Below, piece by piece: positions 62,213 to 64,000 of a stretch of 64,000 bases of DNA. How positions within the stretch are numbered: position 1 is the stretch's first letter; every line of letters starts with the position of its first letter. The notes under the pieces are model-generated. The model ran no database searches, had not been told where the DNA came from, and worked only from the letters and a program-made list of their open reading frames with translations. This DNA is from Bugula neritina (Eukaryota; Animalia; Bryozoa). The stretch covers positions 11,026,722 through 11,090,721 of the forward strand of contig OZ037766.1 of NCBI GenBank assembly GCA_964035545.1. Reading direction: 5' to 3'. The position numbers and the translations under genes are program-made.

Positions 62213-62522
62213 GCCTAGGGCCACACTGTGCGTATTTTCGCATGCGAAAATTTAAACCTATGAGTGTCCACTGTATGCGTTGAGAAAACATTCGAACCTG
62301 TCGCTCAGCATTCTCAATGCAAATGCGAATCGTCTCTGTCGTCGTCACCTAATTGGCTGGTAGTTATTCAGCGAGCCCAATTTCTTTATTTTAATGCTAC
62401 ATTCCAGTAAATTTAAAAATGAAAGCTTTATTTATCACGCAGCACTGACGCTACAGTCGACACCTTTGCTACTTGTGGTTTCAATTTTCGCATGCGAAAA
62501 TAAGCACAGTGTGGCCCTAGGC
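62213..62522. mobile_element. PIF/Harbinger (Tourist-like) MITE
   Basis: ~40-bp TIR GCCTAGGGCCACACTGTGC.TATTTTCGCATGCGAAAATT with one mismatch; 3-bp TSD TTA. Confidence 0.88.
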
Positions 62523-64000
62523 TTAGTCTATGCAAAATGTGGTTCAACTTTTTAAGCTTGCGGTTTAGTGGTGTCTGCAATAAAAATTATGTAAATAGGA
62601 CCTGTCCTGACTAGTATCTTAAAATTAGCCCCTCGCCACAACTCAAACCCTTATGCTATTCGTATTGCTTAGCTAAGTAGCTTACTTTCAAAATTCTGTG
62701 CTACATAGTTTCACCCTTGAACTAGTTACTTCTTGATGCATAAGTGCATCTATCCTAGATAAGCTGCAGCTCAATGTGGTTATATAACTTATTTTATAGG
62801 AGTTAAAATCATTAATGTATAATCTACTGAAGAAAACATTTTTTAAATGTTCTGTTCATTTTAATCTCAAACTAGAGTGTGACAATCAACAGTATGTTGA
62901 TTAAACTAACCACCTCTATTACTGTTGAAATAGAGGATTAATCAGTTTAGCATATCACTATATTAATAATGGGCTTTAATGTTGAGCAAATAAATCAACA
63001 GAGAAGTTCATAAAATTTCTTAGACACTATCATTAATTATAGCAAACGTTTTCTTCGTGATCTTTATTGAACTAATAATAGTTTAAGTGTATCACAAGAA
63101 ACATAGCCTTTTTCCGAAGACGATATAAAATCATAAAAACCAGTAAACTTGAGGCAGCAATAAGATTTCATTTTTGCTCCAAGAGTGAATGAGGTGTTGA
63201 ACACATAAGCAAGAATATAAACATTGTAGATAAAAGGTGGAAGAAATGGCTCTATAAAGGAGAAGATCTAGACAAAATTATTTAAGCATGAATAGGGAAG
63301 ACAAAATAAAAACACTTGTATCTGATTTAATGCATTGAAATGTCATTTTGCTCATTGGTTCAGTTACTGATTTGGCAAAACATCAGCTGAGAGAAGACAT
63401 TGAGTCCTCCGAATTTGACACCAAATATACTTTGGGGATAGCTGCTGCATAAATTCAATTTTTTTTGCCAAACTCCTGGTCAAAAAAGACTAGCTGAAAG
63501 AGTATAAGGAAGAATAGCAAGAAAAAACATCGACAAAAGTAAAAACAACCTTGTTCATGGGAGGAAATTTGCAACTAAACCCAGTATAAACCACTAAGCT
63601 TGACATCGTTTTAAGGCCTGGACTAAGTTTATTTGAACTGGTCAACAGGTAATGAGTTTAATTTTTATCCAGTGTTGGGAATATGGTAGGCTTAATCTGT
63701 TTTACAAAATACTATTACTTTGAGAATATATTAGATATTATCTGTGCAATACCTAAAAGGCAAAGCTAGGTGAAAACTATGCTAGAACAGAACTGGTGGA
63801 TCCAAAAGCGGCAGAGTAATTCAGCAAAAAGCCTAAAAAATAAGTAGAGAAGACTTTGAAAGATAAAAAAAAAAATTTGGGCTGTATACATGTACTAGAA
63901 AATCATAGAGAATTATATTAGAACTGTTAGTGTAGTTTGTAGAGGTGCTAAAAAGTTACAGCCACTTTCCAATATAAGTAATGAGAGACCTTTTGTGCAG

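Overview
AT-rich, intron-containing animal DNA (an invertebrate, probably a lophotrochozoan; taxon inferred, not proven). Genes in order: an unidentified terminal ORF (+); ANKRD40 (-); CCDC15 (+), whose ~13 kb intron holds an entire antisense ODAD3/CCDC151-like gene; G3BP/rasputin (-); a weakly supported decayed spliced gene (+); and an intronless klumpfuss-type EGR/WT1 zinc-finger gene (-) followed by ~10 kb of non-coding upstream DNA. Mobile elements: a 5'-truncated CR1/L2-type LINE, a recent full-length Ty3/Gypsy LTR element (TSD, tRNA-Leu PBS, PPT, -1 frameshift signal), and many MITEs with readable TSDs (Merlin-, hAT-, CACTA-, MULE-, Harbinger-like) plus tRNA-SINEs. Two observations stand out. 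(1) An ISL2EU transposon derivative has had its left end replaced by a ~1.07 kb inverted copy of its right end, including transposase 3' sequence. It sits in introns of two oppositely transcribed genes and is a candidate 'Mu-killer'-like hairpin-RNA locus. (2) Fold-back, strand-switching AT-rich tracts recur just downstream of every CpG-rich putative promoter, and both retroelements have inserted into such tracts. Exon coordinates were read by eye from GT-AG sites and reading phase; no database search was run.
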